Positions 1 through 9,000 of a stretch of DNA of 64,000 nucleotides are shown here, piece after piece. Each line of letters begins with the position of its first letter. Position 1 is the stretch's first letter. This DNA is from Alphaproteobacteria bacterium (GTDB lineage: Bacteria > Pseudomonadota > Alphaproteobacteria > Rickettsiales > JADKJE01): positions 779,682 to 843,681 of the forward strand of contig JADKJE010000002.1 of assembly GCA_016722515.1 (NCBI GenBank), in the 5' to 3' direction. Below the pieces are notes generated by a model. It saw nothing but the letters and a program-made list of their open reading frames with translations. It made no database searches and was not told the DNA's origin. A program made the position numbers and the translations under genes.

Positions 1-1355
1 TGATTACCTTGTTTATTCCTGCTGCTGTGGGAGTAACCATTGCTACGATTATGTTTTCACGCTTGCACCCGTTATTTGGTATCGTTGCCTGTGGTTGGTT
101 TTGCCTCCATTTGGGAATTTGCCTGATTTTTGCTAAGGCCTGTAACCGTTTATCGGTTGAGCATTCAGCCAGTAAAAACAAAATCAATGGACAGATTGTC
201 GATAGTTTTGCCAATATCACGGCGGTTAAATTATTTGCCCGCATGGGGTGGGAATGGCAGCATATCAAGGTTTCACAACAACAGGAACAGGCTAAGCATC
301 ACCGGGTGCTTGATATGGTTTTTAAAATTCGTCTTATTTTGGGTGTCTGTTGTTATTCCTTTATGGGAGTCGGGATGATGATGCTCATGATAAGCCAATG
401 GCAAAAAAATCATATCACGGGTGTTGAATTTGGTTATATTTTCTATGCATCTTGGGGGATCTGTGTTATGGCATGGATTTCTGGCATTGAACTACCTAAT
501 TTCTTTAAAGAAATCGGGAAATGCCAGCAAGCGCTAATCCCCATTCAAAAAGCACATGACGTGACAGATAGTGAAGGTGCTCAAAGGTTGCACGTATCAA
601 AGGGAGATATCCTCTTTGATAATGTAACGTTTCATTATCAACGCAACCACAACCTGTTTGAGAATAAACATGTGCATATTAGCGCAGGCAGTAAAGTGGG
701 CCTGGTTGGCTTTTCAGGTTCAGGTAAAACCACGTTTGTTAACTTGATACTGCGGTTTTTTGATGTTGAAGCAGGACGCATTTTAATCGATGGGCAGGAT
801 ATTGCATTCGTAACACAAGAATCACTGCATGAAGCCATTGCCATGATTCCGCAGGATACATCACTGTTTCATCGTTCGCTGATGGATAATATTCGCTATG
901 GTAATATTGATGCTACAGATGAAGAAGTCATCATCGCTTCCAAACGGGCACATTGCCACGAATTTATCAGTCAACTGCCTCAAGGCTATGATTCAGAAGT
1001 GGGCGAGCGGGGAGTCAAGCTTTCGGGAGGGCAACGTCAACGTATTGCTATTGCGCGTGCCATGCTTAAAAATGCACCTATCCTGATTTTGGATGAAGCC
1101 ACTTCGGCACTGGATTCAGTTACAGAAAAACATATCCAGGAAGGGTTGCACTCCCTGATGCAGGGGCGCACGACCATCGTGATTGCGCATCGGTTATCGA
1201 CCCTTTCGGAAATGGATCGCATATTGGTATTTGACAAAGGCCATGTGATCGAAGATGGCACACATGAACAATTACTAAAAATAAACGGCCATTACGCCAG
1301 GATGTGGCACATGCAGGCAGGCGGATTTTTACCAGAGATACCTCATGTTACGTAA
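1..1355 (+). CDS. ABC transporter, fused permease/ATP-binding protein (MsbA/ABCB-like); 5' end lies outside the window
   Basis: Frame is open to base 3. TM-rich N part, then Walker A GFSGSGKTT, signature LSGGQRQR, Walker B ILILDEATSALD, H-loop IAHRLST. Confidence 0.9.
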   Translation, partial: ITLFIPAAVGVTIATIMFSRLHPLFGIVACGWFCLHLGICLIFAKACNRLSVEHSASKNKINGQIVDSFANITAVKLFARMGWEWQHIKVSQQQEQAKHHRVLDMVFKIRLILGVCCYSFMGVGMMMLMISQWQKNHITGVEFGYIFYASWGICVMAWISGIELPNFFKEIGKCQQALIPIQKAHDVTDSEGAQRLHVSKGDILFDNVTFHYQRNHNLFENKHVHISAGSKVGLVGFSGSGKTTFVNLILRFFDVEAGRILIDGQDIAFVTQESLHEAIAMIPQDTSLFHRSLMDNIRYGNIDATDEEVIIASKRAHCHEFISQLPQGYDSEVGERGVKLSGGQRQRIAIARAMLKNAPILILDEATSALDSVTEKHIQEGLHSLMQGRTTIVIAHRLSTLSEMDRILVFDKGHVIEDGTHEQLLKINGHYARMWHMQAGGFLPEIPHVT

Positions 1356-1430
1356 GAATAAAAGCGATCACATTATTAAACACTATGAAAGTGATGAAGG
1401 CGATTATTTGTTTGTTGTTGGTCAAAAAGC

Positions 1431-2081
1431 ATGATGCAGGCATTTCTTTCAACAATTGAAGCGACTAACGTCAAAGAATGTCTTGGCTCATTAGCCATTT
1501 TACTTACGTTTATCGCTTTCATACCTTATATACGCTCCATTTTGCAGGGACGCACCAAACCTCATGTTTTTTCATGGGTGATATGGAGTGTTGCTACGCC
1601 TATCTTATTCGTTGCTCAACTAGCCGATAAGGGTGGTGCAGGTGCTTGGTCAACCGGAGTATCAGGAGTCATTACACTTTATATAGCTATTCTTGCCTAT
1701 GTCAGAAAGACAGAAATCGTCATAAAGAAAATCGATTGGCTTTTCTTTATTTTGGCGTTATCAGCAATTCCTTTTTGGTATGTGACTTCAAATCCATTAT
1801 GGGCTGTGATCCTTCTTACGAGCATTGATACGGTTGGTTTCTTTCCGACTATTCGAAAGGCTTATTTCAAACCATTCGAAGAACCGATGTTAATGTATAT
1901 GATCGTTGTTGTAAGGGGTTGTATTTCGATCATGGCTTTAGAACATTATTCGCTAACGACCCTGCTATTTCCTGTGACGATTACACTGGTAAGCGTCGCG
2001 CTTATTGGGCTGGTGATCTGGAGGAGACGAAGTTCTCCTCATGATGAAGCATGTGGACTATACTCGTCATTTATCGAGTAG
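1431..2081 (+). CDS. multi-pass inner-membrane protein, function unknown
   Basis: 216-aa ORF, hydrophobic throughout with about seven helix-length stretches; immediately downstream of the ABC gene; no motif I can name. Confidence 0.55.
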   Translation: MMQAFLSTIEATNVKECLGSLAILLTFIAFIPYIRSILQGRTKPHVFSWVIWSVATPILFVAQLADKGGAGAWSTGVSGVITLYIAILAYVRKTEIVIKKIDWLFFILALSAIPFWYVTSNPLWAVILLTSIDTVGFFPTIRKAYFKPFEEPMLMYMIVVVRGCISIMALEHYSLTTLLFPVTITLVSVALIGLVIWRRRSSPHDEACGLYSSFIE

Positions 2082-2288
2082 TCCCTAACCTTTGCCGTGT
2101 ACCTGATTATATTGAGATCGATTTTTCGATGTTCTTTATTTGCAGAATCCCTTGTTTAGTGTTTGATTTAATGAAGAAAATAATTCAACATGTGGCAGTT
2201 GAATTTTACAGGACTCTCAGGTCTTAAAGAGGATGTGAGAAAACTAACCTTGTAAAACCATGAGGACCAATTGCCAAGGAGCCGACCA

Positions 2289-2798
2289 ATGACTCAAGAC
2301 TATCCTGAATTTATTATCACCCGCACTGTCAATGCGCCACGTACTATTGTTTTTAAAGCATGGTCGGATCTTAAGATTCTGGCAAAATGGTGGGGGCCAA
2401 GAGGATTTGAAACGCCTGTATGCGAAGGCAATGTTCGTGAGGAAGGAAAATATCGTATGGTGATGCGTTCGCCTGATGGGGTTGATTATCCAATCAAAGG
2501 TATTTACCTCGAAGTTGAAAAGCCTGAGCGTCTTGTGATGACCCAGGATTGCAGTGAGCATCCGGCAGCCTGGCATGATATGGTGAAACCAAATCGTGCT
2601 AAAAATGATAAAAATCCAGCGGGCGAATTATTGACATCTGTGACGTTTGAAGAGATAAGCGGAAAGACAAAGATAACCATTTGCATTTATTTTGATACGC
2701 TGGAAATTAGGGATGCCATGTTAAAAATGGGGATGAATGACGGATGGTCGCAAAGTCTTGATCGGCTTGAAGAATATCTGAAAATAGCCACATCATAA
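2289..2798 (+). CDS. SRPBCC-superfamily protein (Aha1/AHSA1-like domain)
   Basis: TRTVNAPRTIVFKAWSD...WWGPRGF is typical of AHSA1-type SRPBCC proteins; AAGGAG lies 9 nt upstream of ATG 2289 (ORF opens at 2271). Confidence 0.8.
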   Translation: MTQDYPEFIITRTVNAPRTIVFKAWSDLKILAKWWGPRGFETPVCEGNVREEGKYRMVMRSPDGVDYPIKGIYLEVEKPERLVMTQDCSEHPAAWHDMVKPNRAKNDKNPAGELLTSVTFEEISGKTKITICIYFDTLEIRDAMLKMGMNDGWSQSLDRLEEYLKIATS

Positions 2799-2915
2799 TC
2801 TACAAAAAGTATCTTGCGGTATACTTTCGGTGAATGTATAAGTATTCCTGTGGTGGTGCAAAAGAGGTGTTTTTGTTTAGCTTTTAGCACGTTCGTTTAC
2901 AAGAAGGAAGTTTTT

Positions 2916-3455
2916 ATGTTCAAAATAATGTTAACAATACTTGCGGTAGCTGTGATCGGATTTGTTATGGTGGTTGGTATGCAGCCAGCTGATTTTCGTA
3001 TTTCGCGGACTATGACCATGTCGGCCCCTGCGCCTGTGGTGTTTGAGCAAGTGAATGATTTTCATAAATGGGGTGCCTGGTCGCCATGGGCAAAACTCGA
3101 TCCAAATCAAAAAAATACGTTTGAGGGACCCGAATCGGGAGTGGGTGCTGTTTTGCGTTGGGAAGGCAATCGAGAAGTCGGGGTAGGTAGCATGACTATT
3201 ATCGAAAGCCGCCCCAGTGATTTAGTGCGTATGAAACTTGAATTTCTAAAGCCATTCGCTGCTACAGATACCGCAGAATTTACGTTTAAAGCCAAGGGCA
3301 ACCAAACTGAGGTGACGTGGAGTATGTATGGAAAAAATGATTTCATAGGTAAAGCGATGAACCTGGTGATGAATTGCGATAAAATGGTGGGTGGCATGTT
3401 TGAAAAAGGTCTCACCAACATGAAAGGAACGGTAGAGGCGCCAACAAAAGAATAA
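2916..3455 (+). CDS. membrane-anchored SRPBCC (polyketide cyclase/dehydrase-like) protein
   Basis: N-terminal TM helix MFKIMLTILAVAVIGFVMVV, then an SRPBCC-like core; AAGAAGGAAG RBS before ATG 2916 (ORF opens at 2814). Confidence 0.7.
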   Translation: MFKIMLTILAVAVIGFVMVVGMQPADFRISRTMTMSAPAPVVFEQVNDFHKWGAWSPWAKLDPNQKNTFEGPESGVGAVLRWEGNREVGVGSMTIIESRPSDLVRMKLEFLKPFAATDTAEFTFKAKGNQTEVTWSMYGKNDFIGKAMNLVMNCDKMVGGMFEKGLTNMKGTVEAPTKE

Positions 3456-3659
3456 TGGTTTAAAGGTCCTGTAGGCTATATATTTAATAAGTATAGAGGG
3501 GGGTGACATTAGTTATAGATGCTCTTTGTAGGCAATGATTTGGGCAATTCTAATGATTTATCTATCATAATTAGCATTTTTCTGATAAAAGATTAGTGTG
3601 CGCAGCTTTGCGGGAATAATATCTTTTTAAATTATAGAGTTGCGTTCGGGGGACATATA

Positions 3660-4394
3660 ATGCACAAAAAGAAAAACACTATTCTTGTTGTTGACGATGA
3701 AGCACATGTCCGAAAAATGTTGGGCATTGTTTTAGATGATGAAAATTTAAAAATTGTTGAATGTGATAATGGCCAACAGGCGATACGTCTGTGTGTGTCC
3801 ATTAAGCCAGATCTAATATTGCTTGATCTGGGATTACCAGATATGGATGGCAAGGAGGTAATTGTTGCTATTCGGGAATGGTCACATGTGCCTATTATTG
3901 TCCTATCTGGACGCTTATCGGATGAGGAAGTCGTTGCTGCACTGAATTTGGGTGCCAATGATTATATAACCAAGCCTTTTAATGTGGATGTACTCCTGGC
4001 ACGCATCAATGTGTCTCTGCGATCATCTGCTGTCCATGAGGTAGGGGAACCAGAATTGCATAATGGTCCTTTGCGTATGGATTTGGTAAGGCACGAAGTG
4101 TATTTTAATGATAAATTAGTAGGGCTTACGCCCAAGGAATATGATTTGCTTCGTCATTTTATGATTAATCGAGGTAAAATGCTTACGCATAAGGAGATCC
4201 TCAAAAAAGTGTGGGGCGCATCGCATGATGAAGATACCACTTATTTACGCGTTTATATTGGTCAGATTCGTAAGAAAATAGAAGAGTATGCTATTATACC
4301 TGTTTTTATTGTAACAGAGCCAGGCATTGGTTATCGCATGGAAACGATTCCAATTGAAATTGAAGATGAATATCTAGAAAAGAAAAAGGCATAA
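3660..4394 (+). CDS. OmpR-family response regulator, KdpE-like
   Basis: Receiver domain (VVDDE...DLILLDLGLPDMDG...KPF) plus winged-helix output (LTPKEYDLL...YLRVYIGQIRKKIE...EPGIGYRM); no kinase gene adjacent. Confidence 0.9.
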   Translation: MHKKKNTILVVDDEAHVRKMLGIVLDDENLKIVECDNGQQAIRLCVSIKPDLILLDLGLPDMDGKEVIVAIREWSHVPIIVLSGRLSDEEVVAALNLGANDYITKPFNVDVLLARINVSLRSSAVHEVGEPELHNGPLRMDLVRHEVYFNDKLVGLTPKEYDLLRHFMINRGKMLTHKEILKKVWGASHDEDTTYLRVYIGQIRKKIEEYAIIPVFIVTEPGIGYRMETIPIEIEDEYLEKKKA

Positions 4395-4416
4395 ATCGCT
4401 GATTTATGCCTTTTTT
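4383..4416. terminator. Rho-independent terminator hairpin (bidirectional)
   Basis: Perfect 10-bp stem GGCATAAATC/GATTTATGCC with a 3-nt loop, A-run upstream and T6 downstream; sits between convergent genes. Confidence 0.75.
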
Positions 4417-4446
4417 GGATGAATGAATGCTTAGCTGAAACTGGAA

Positions 4447-4746
4447 CTATTTTTCTTCTATTTCTTGTTCAGTTTCATTGGTTGTTGATTTATTAAACAA
4501 CCCCTTGGGGTCTTTTGTTGTTTTGGATTTAACCACGGCTTTTTTCTTGCCGGTTTTGTCAACGCTCACCTCCGTTGATGATTGTTTCTCAGTTGTGGTT
4601 CCTTGCGCATCCGTTGAACTCACGGTTCTTTCGTATGTACCAGGAGCTTGGTCTAGTACGGTGCGTTGGGGGCGATCTTCTGCGCATGCACTAAGCGTTA
4701 ATGCTAGTACTGAAAGAGCCGTTAAAATGGATAAATTCGTTTTCAT
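4447..4746 (-). CDS. small lipoprotein, function unknown
   Basis: Signal peptide with lipobox LTLSAC; hydrophilic T/S/K/E-rich mature part; AAGGA RBS. Confidence 0.7.
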   Translation of the reverse strand: MKTNLSILTALSVLALTLSACAEDRPQRTVLDQAPGTYERTVSSTDAQGTTTEKQSSTEVSVDKTGKKKAVVKSKTTKDPKGLFNKSTTNETEQEIEEK

Positions 4747-4788
4747 GGGATAGTCCTTTTTAATTAGAAAGTGTTGTATACGATGTCG

Positions 4789-4947
4789 CTAGATACGGCC
4801 GGCTAGTAGCAAGATAAGAAGGATGATAACAAGTAGCCCCATACCTCCACTGGGATAATAACCCCAGTTCTTACTGTGCGGCCATGTTGGCAGAGTTCCC
4901 ACCAAAAAGAGAATTAGAATAATTAACACGATTGCTGATACAGACAT
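4789..4947 (-). CDS. DUF3309-like small membrane protein
   Basis: 52 aa: MSVSAIVLIILILFLVGTLPTWPHSKNWGYYPSGGMGLLVIILLILLLAGRI; AAGGAG RBS before ATG at 4947. Confidence 0.7.
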   Translation of the reverse strand: MSVSAIVLIILILFLVGTLPTWPHSKNWGYYPSGGMGLLVIILLILLLAGRI

Positions 4948-5081
4948 AAAAAATCTCCTTTGTGAGATACCATGGATCACAATGACAGAAGGGGTATAAA
5001 AATGCGATATGAGTTAAGTATGGCAAAATAAGGAAATTATAAAGATAATTGGGTTCAGGGAGGTTGCCCTCTCAAGCCTAT

Positions 5082-5118
5082 AAAAAATGCGCCATTTCGT
5101 TTGAAATGGCGCATTTTA
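5082..5118 (-). terminator. Rho-independent terminator hairpin
   Basis: 13-bp perfect stem AATGCGCCATTTC/GAAATGGCGCATT with loop GTTT, flanked by A/T runs, 25 nt downstream of the 5143-6030 gene. Confidence 0.8.
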
Positions 5119-5142
5119 GATAGGAATAGAAATGCGAAGTGA

Positions 5143-6030
5143 TTAGCGGCGTGCTGACCAACGTTTCAATTCTTTACCCCATTTTTCAAACTTTTTATCG
5201 GTTTTCTCGATCATGGTTGGATCTTTTTTGTCGATATAGTTCTGTAGGTCACTTACGTCTTTACGCATGTTGATAATATCAGGACGATAAGCTTTATAGC
5301 TGGCATTATCCTGCATTTCATTAAGTGCTTCATCGGCATGTTTTAAGGCATAACGAGCACCAGTATAGTTTTTGCCAGCAATAAAATTGCGGGCGAGCGC
5401 TATATTATCATGTGCTTTATCGCTAGGAACCGATACCTGGCTATCTATTTTAACCACCGCATCTGTTAACATGGCAAGTTGATTATCTGCCTCTTTGAGT
5501 TTACCGTTTGTGATCGCGGTGTCTGCATCTCTAAGAAACGAATCTGCTTTATCGCCTGTTAAATCAAGCGTAAGATAAACAATATCCGCATCGGTGACGG
5601 CAAGGTCATTGACTGCCCAGATAGGGCCGCTACTGACTTTTTTCACTTGAACTGGACCGGTTTCAATGGGGAAATAGTGATATTTATATTCTGTATCATA
5701 TTGATAAATGATACGACCGGATTCAACCTGGGTAACACGACGATGTTCAATGGTTGAATGTTTAATCACCGTGATCAGGTTGTGTGCCTGAACCAGATGT
5801 TGTCTGGCTAAGTCGGTGTTTTTCATGGCAAGCGCCACTCGAGCATAATTGATATGTTCGACAAAGCTGCTTGCAGCGATACGAGGGTTGCTTATGGTTT
5901 CGTTGCTGATAGGTTTGGTCGCTGTTCCTACGGTACCAGTTGTGATATCGGCAGCCAAAGATGAAGCAGCAGCGCTCAAAATCAAGCTTGTGCTTAGAAT
6001 GGTTGTGATAAGTAATGGATGTGTTTTCAT
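5143..6030 (-). CDS. periplasmic protein, possibly YfdX-like
   Basis: Signal peptide ...AAASSLAA; helical repeats resembling YfdX (INYARVALAMKNTDLARQHL..., NYTGARYALKHADEAL); family call from memory only. Confidence 0.55.
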   Translation of the reverse strand: MKTHPLLITTILSTSLILSAAASSLAADITTGTVGTATKPISNETISNPRIAASSFVEHINYARVALAMKNTDLARQHLVQAHNLITVIKHSTIEHRRVTQVESGRIIYQYDTEYKYHYFPIETGPVQVKKVSSGPIWAVNDLAVTDADIVYLTLDLTGDKADSFLRDADTAITNGKLKEADNQLAMLTDAVVKIDSQVSVPSDKAHDNIALARNFIAGKNYTGARYALKHADEALNEMQDNASYKAYRPDIINMRKDVSDLQNYIDKKDPTMIEKTDKKFEKWGKELKRWSARR

Positions 6031-6054
6031 CGGAGTCTCTCCTTAGTGAGGGGG

Positions 6055-6315
6055 TTAGTTACGTGGTTGATTGGTTGCTTTTTTAACGTCATCAGTAGCA
6101 TTGTTTGCTGCATCATGAAGTTTATCGCCTGGTGTACGGTCTTCTAATTGTCGAGCGGCTTTATCGGCGCCATTAGGTAATTCATCGACAGCATCGCCAA
6201 TTTTTTGGCCTGCAGTACGACGATCAGGAGCATTGAGTACGTAATAGCCAATGACGGCAACAACGGCAATTAGTAGAGTGATTGTAAAAATTTTTGCTGA
6301 TGATTGATTAGCCAT
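6055..6315 (-). CDS. small membrane-anchored protein with a charged C-terminal tail
   Basis: One N-terminal TM (IFTITLLIAVVAVIGYYVL), then a hydrophilic D/K/A-rich tail; AAAGGAG RBS. Confidence 0.6.
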   Translation of the reverse strand: MANQSSAKIFTITLLIAVVAVIGYYVLNAPDRRTAGQKIGDAVDELPNGADKAARQLEDRTPGDKLHDAANNATDDVKKATNQPRN

Positions 6316-6431
6316 GGAATACTCCTTTTAAATGGGTGAATGAGATTTTAGGGTAGGAGGTATAGTGTTGTTTTTCGATATGGAAAAATAAGATGGATGT
6401 AAGAAATCTATAAAGATTCAAATGTAGGATA

Positions 6432-6466
6432 CAATCAAAAGAAAGCCGGACCTAGGTCCGGCTTTC
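6432..6466 (-). terminator. Rho-independent terminator hairpin
   Basis: Palindrome GAAAGCCGGACC-TA-GGTCCGGCTTTC followed on the minus strand by a U-run. Confidence 0.8.
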
Positions 6467-6493
6467 TTGGGTCGATCAACAAATTGCTTAGAC

Positions 6494-6694
6494 CTAACGA
6501 TTTTGAGGGGCATTGTTAGGTTTAACAGTTTGGTTATTGCCAGGCTTAGCAGGTGCATTATTCGTATTAGGAGTTTTTGCATTGTCTACTTTGCTTTCGG
6601 CAACGATCGGCTGTTGCGCAGCTTGGTCGTTTTTTTGATTTTGATTTTGATTTTGATTTTGATTTTGATTAGTATTAGGTTGATTGTTAGTCAT
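6494..6694 (-). CDS. Asn/Gln-rich low-complexity small protein
   Basis: 66 aa, MTNNQPNTNQNQNQNQNQNQKND...; AAGGAG RBS; own terminator. Confidence 0.5.
   Translation of the reverse strand: MTNNQPNTNQNQNQNQNQNQKNDQAAQQPIVAESKVDNAKTPNTNNAPAKPGNNQTVKPNNAPQNR
6637..6670. repeat. hexanucleotide tandem repeat (GATTTT)x5.7, encoding (NQ)n on the minus strand
   Basis: Read directly: gattttgattttgattttgattttgattttgatt. Confidence 0.95.
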
Positions 6695-6854
6695 ATCAAT
6701 CTCCTTAAAAGTATGAAGTTGAGCCGTGTTACTCGAAGAGAAATACTCTCAACACAATGAAGGCTACAGATTAGTGTATAATGAATCTATGTAGAAATAA
6801 TGATGAGTCGTAATATTTTCGTAAAGATTATGATTTTATATAAGATGGTAGCTA

Positions 6855-6895
6855 TAAAAAATCGCCCGGCTCATTGTCTGCGCCGGGCGATTTTC
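6855..6895. terminator. Rho-independent terminator hairpin (bidirectional)
   Basis: ATCGCCCGGC ... GCCGGGCGAT stem flanked by A6 and T4 runs, just downstream of the CsbD-like gene. Confidence 0.8.
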
Positions 6896-6913
6896 GAATA
6901 CGGGGATCAATGA

Positions 6914-7144
6914 TTATGAAGTTTTTGAATCATGTTTTTGGTTGTGTTCAACATCATCTTCCATCTCTTTAATTTTCTTTTCAGCGTCTTCTTTGCCCAG
7001 GCCATAATGTTCTTTTAATTTGCCTAAGAATTGATCACGTTGACCGTTAAAAAGGGTAACGTCGTTGTCGGTTAACTTACCCCAGGTTTCTTTGATTTTA
7101 CCTTTGAGTTGTGTAAATTTTCCGTCTACTTGTTCTTGATTCAT
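6914..7144 (-). CDS. CsbD-family general stress protein
   Basis: MNQEQVDGKFTQLKGKIKETWGKLTDNDV...GKLKEHYG matches the CsbD pattern; AAGGAG RBS before ATG 7144 (ORF opens at 7195). Confidence 0.85.
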   Translation of the reverse strand: MNQEQVDGKFTQLKGKIKETWGKLTDNDVTLFNGQRDQFLGKLKEHYGLGKEDAEKKIKEMEDDVEHNQKHDSKTS

Positions 7145-7306
7145 AAAAATCTCCTTGAAATTTATGGTTAACATTGTCAAAGACAATGTGTGCATTTAAG
7201 GCACTCTGTATTATCGTTTTCTTCTCAATAAAGAAGCGACAGGACTTATGTTCGGAATGATAAGAAAACGATAAAGAATATGGATAAATACTAATCGGTC
7301 AGCAGG

Positions 7307-8098
7307 TTAAAAAGCGCCAAAGGCATAGGCATCCATGGCAAGTACGCCTAAGGCTACGTCTTTATGCAGATGCTGTGCTTGTAATGGGATGCCAGCGGCA
7401 CCTAAAGCAACAAAGAACGGTAGAAAATGTTCGGGTGTTGGGTGATTTTCGTTGGCATAGGGAGCTAATATGTGCCATTTAAGCAAGCTTTCGATATCAT
7501 CCTTTAGCACGCATTCTTCCACCCATGCAGAGAAGTGGTTAACCCATTCGGGAGTATGAAGATGGTGACCATGAAAGGCTTCTTTCAAATTATGTGTTAA
7601 GTTACCAGTACCTATGATTAAGATATGTTCCTTTTTAAGGGAAGCAAGAGCCTGGCCAATACGATAATGCCATTGTGCATCTTTGTGAGGCTGTACGGAT
7701 AATTCAATAACAGGAACATCAGCATTGGGGTACATCAGGAGCAAGGGGTTCCATACACCATGGTCAAGTCCACGTGAAGGATCAATCTCGGCTTTAAATC
7801 CGTGTGTAACCAATAACGAACGAACCTGATTGGCAAGTGCTGGATTACCAGGGACGGGATAATGTAATGCGTAAAGCGCTTTAGGAAAACCATAAAAATC
7901 ATGAATGGTTTCTGGAAGCGAGGCACCTGTGAGCATGGGGTCATCTGTTTCCCAATGGGCCGATGCTATTACGATAGCGCGTGGCTTGGATATGCGTGTG
8001 CTAAGTCGGCGCAAAAATTGTGAGGTTAGAGCGTCTTCCAATGCCAACATAGGCGAGCCGTGCGAGATAAAGAGTGAGGGAAGATGCGTAGAATTCAT
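7307..8098 (-). CDS. class III extradiol dioxygenase (LigB family, 4,5-DOPA dioxygenase/YgiD-like)
   Basis: 263 aa; FISHGSP near the N-terminus, SAHWE, GTGNLTHNL motifs. Confidence 0.85.
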   Translation of the reverse strand: MNSTHLPSLFISHGSPMLALEDALTSQFLRRLSTRISKPRAIVIASAHWETDDPMLTGASLPETIHDFYGFPKALYALHYPVPGNPALANQVRSLLVTHGFKAEIDPSRGLDHGVWNPLLLMYPNADVPVIELSVQPHKDAQWHYRIGQALASLKKEHILIIGTGNLTHNLKEAFHGHHLHTPEWVNHFSAWVEECVLKDDIESLLKWHILAPYANENHPTPEHFLPFFVALGAAGIPLQAQHLHKDVALGVLAMDAYAFGAF

Positions 8099-8177
8099 AT
8101 AACCAAATTAATCTTTGTGGGGAGCCGCTAGCGGCGATGTAGTATTTGTCTGATATTCTGCTTTTTTATTCGATGGG

Positions 8178-8894
8178 TTAGTTAGATAATGATTGCGCTG
8201 GTACATCTATCACAAGGACTTCTGCATCACTGGTGGCGGCGATGGTGATAATCGATTCACCTGTGACTTCAGCGCCATCGCCTTGCTGCATCTGCATCCC
8301 ATTGATCGTAAAATTGCCTACTGATGCCAGGATATAAGCCTGATGTTTAATGGGTTGTGTAATCACGGTTCCTTTGGTTAAGGTGCCACCATAAATGGCT
8401 GCGTCTTGATGGATAAAGAGTGCATTTTTTCCTGCATGTTGGGCTTGACCCGAAACCAATACGGCAAGTTTATCGGTTACTGGTTCTTTAGGAAATTCTT
8501 TGGCTTTCCACCGCGGCGCTACATTTTTCTCATTAGGCTCAATCCAGATTTGGTACAAAGTGGTGTCCTCTGGTTCAGCATTATATTCCGAGTGGAATAC
8601 ACCTGTGCCAGCACTCATCACCTGAACATCACCGGCTTTGGTGCGACCTTCATTCTTCATACTGTCTTTGTGCGATATGGCACCTTTTTTAACATAGGTG
8701 ATGATTTCCATGTTGTTATGTGGATGTGCGCCAAAACCCTTGCCAGCGGCAATGCGGTCGTCGTTTACCACGCGTAATGCACCAAACTCTAAGCGTTTTG
8801 GATTCCAATAACGGGCAAAGCTAAAATGGTGTCGCGCATTAAGCCAGCCGTGATCGGCATGGCCCAGTGTTTCATATGGATAGAGATGTATCAT
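8178..8894 (-). CDS. pirin-family protein
   Basis: GFGAHPHNNMEIITYV and SAGTGVFHSEYN cupin motifs; 238 aa. Confidence 0.9.
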   Translation of the reverse strand: MIHLYPYETLGHADHGWLNARHHFSFARYWNPKRLEFGALRVVNDDRIAAGKGFGAHPHNNMEIITYVKKGAISHKDSMKNEGRTKAGDVQVMSAGTGVFHSEYNAEPEDTTLYQIWIEPNEKNVAPRWKAKEFPKEPVTDKLAVLVSGQAQHAGKNALFIHQDAAIYGGTLTKGTVITQPIKHQAYILASVGNFTINGMQMQQGDGAEVTGESIITIAATSDAEVLVIDVPAQSLSN

Positions 8895-9000
8895 CTATCA
8901 ACTCCTTAAACTGGTTTAGTTATAAGGCTAGTTTGACTCATTCCAATACAAATGTTAATATTGAATAATGTTAATTGATTAGTTCCAAATGGTTATTAAT

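Noticed and set aside
6637-6670. Possible CRISPR or other spaced-repeat array (also considered for the 90-bp MITEs and the 0.5-kb cassettes)
   Set aside because: The hexamer is a simple tandem repeat without spacers. The MITEs and cassettes are dispersed, have IS-type termini or coding content, and there are no cas genes.
8406-8777. 123-aa plus-strand ORF inside the pirin gene
   Set aside because: It is antisense to a motif-confirmed cupin gene and is a shadow ORF.
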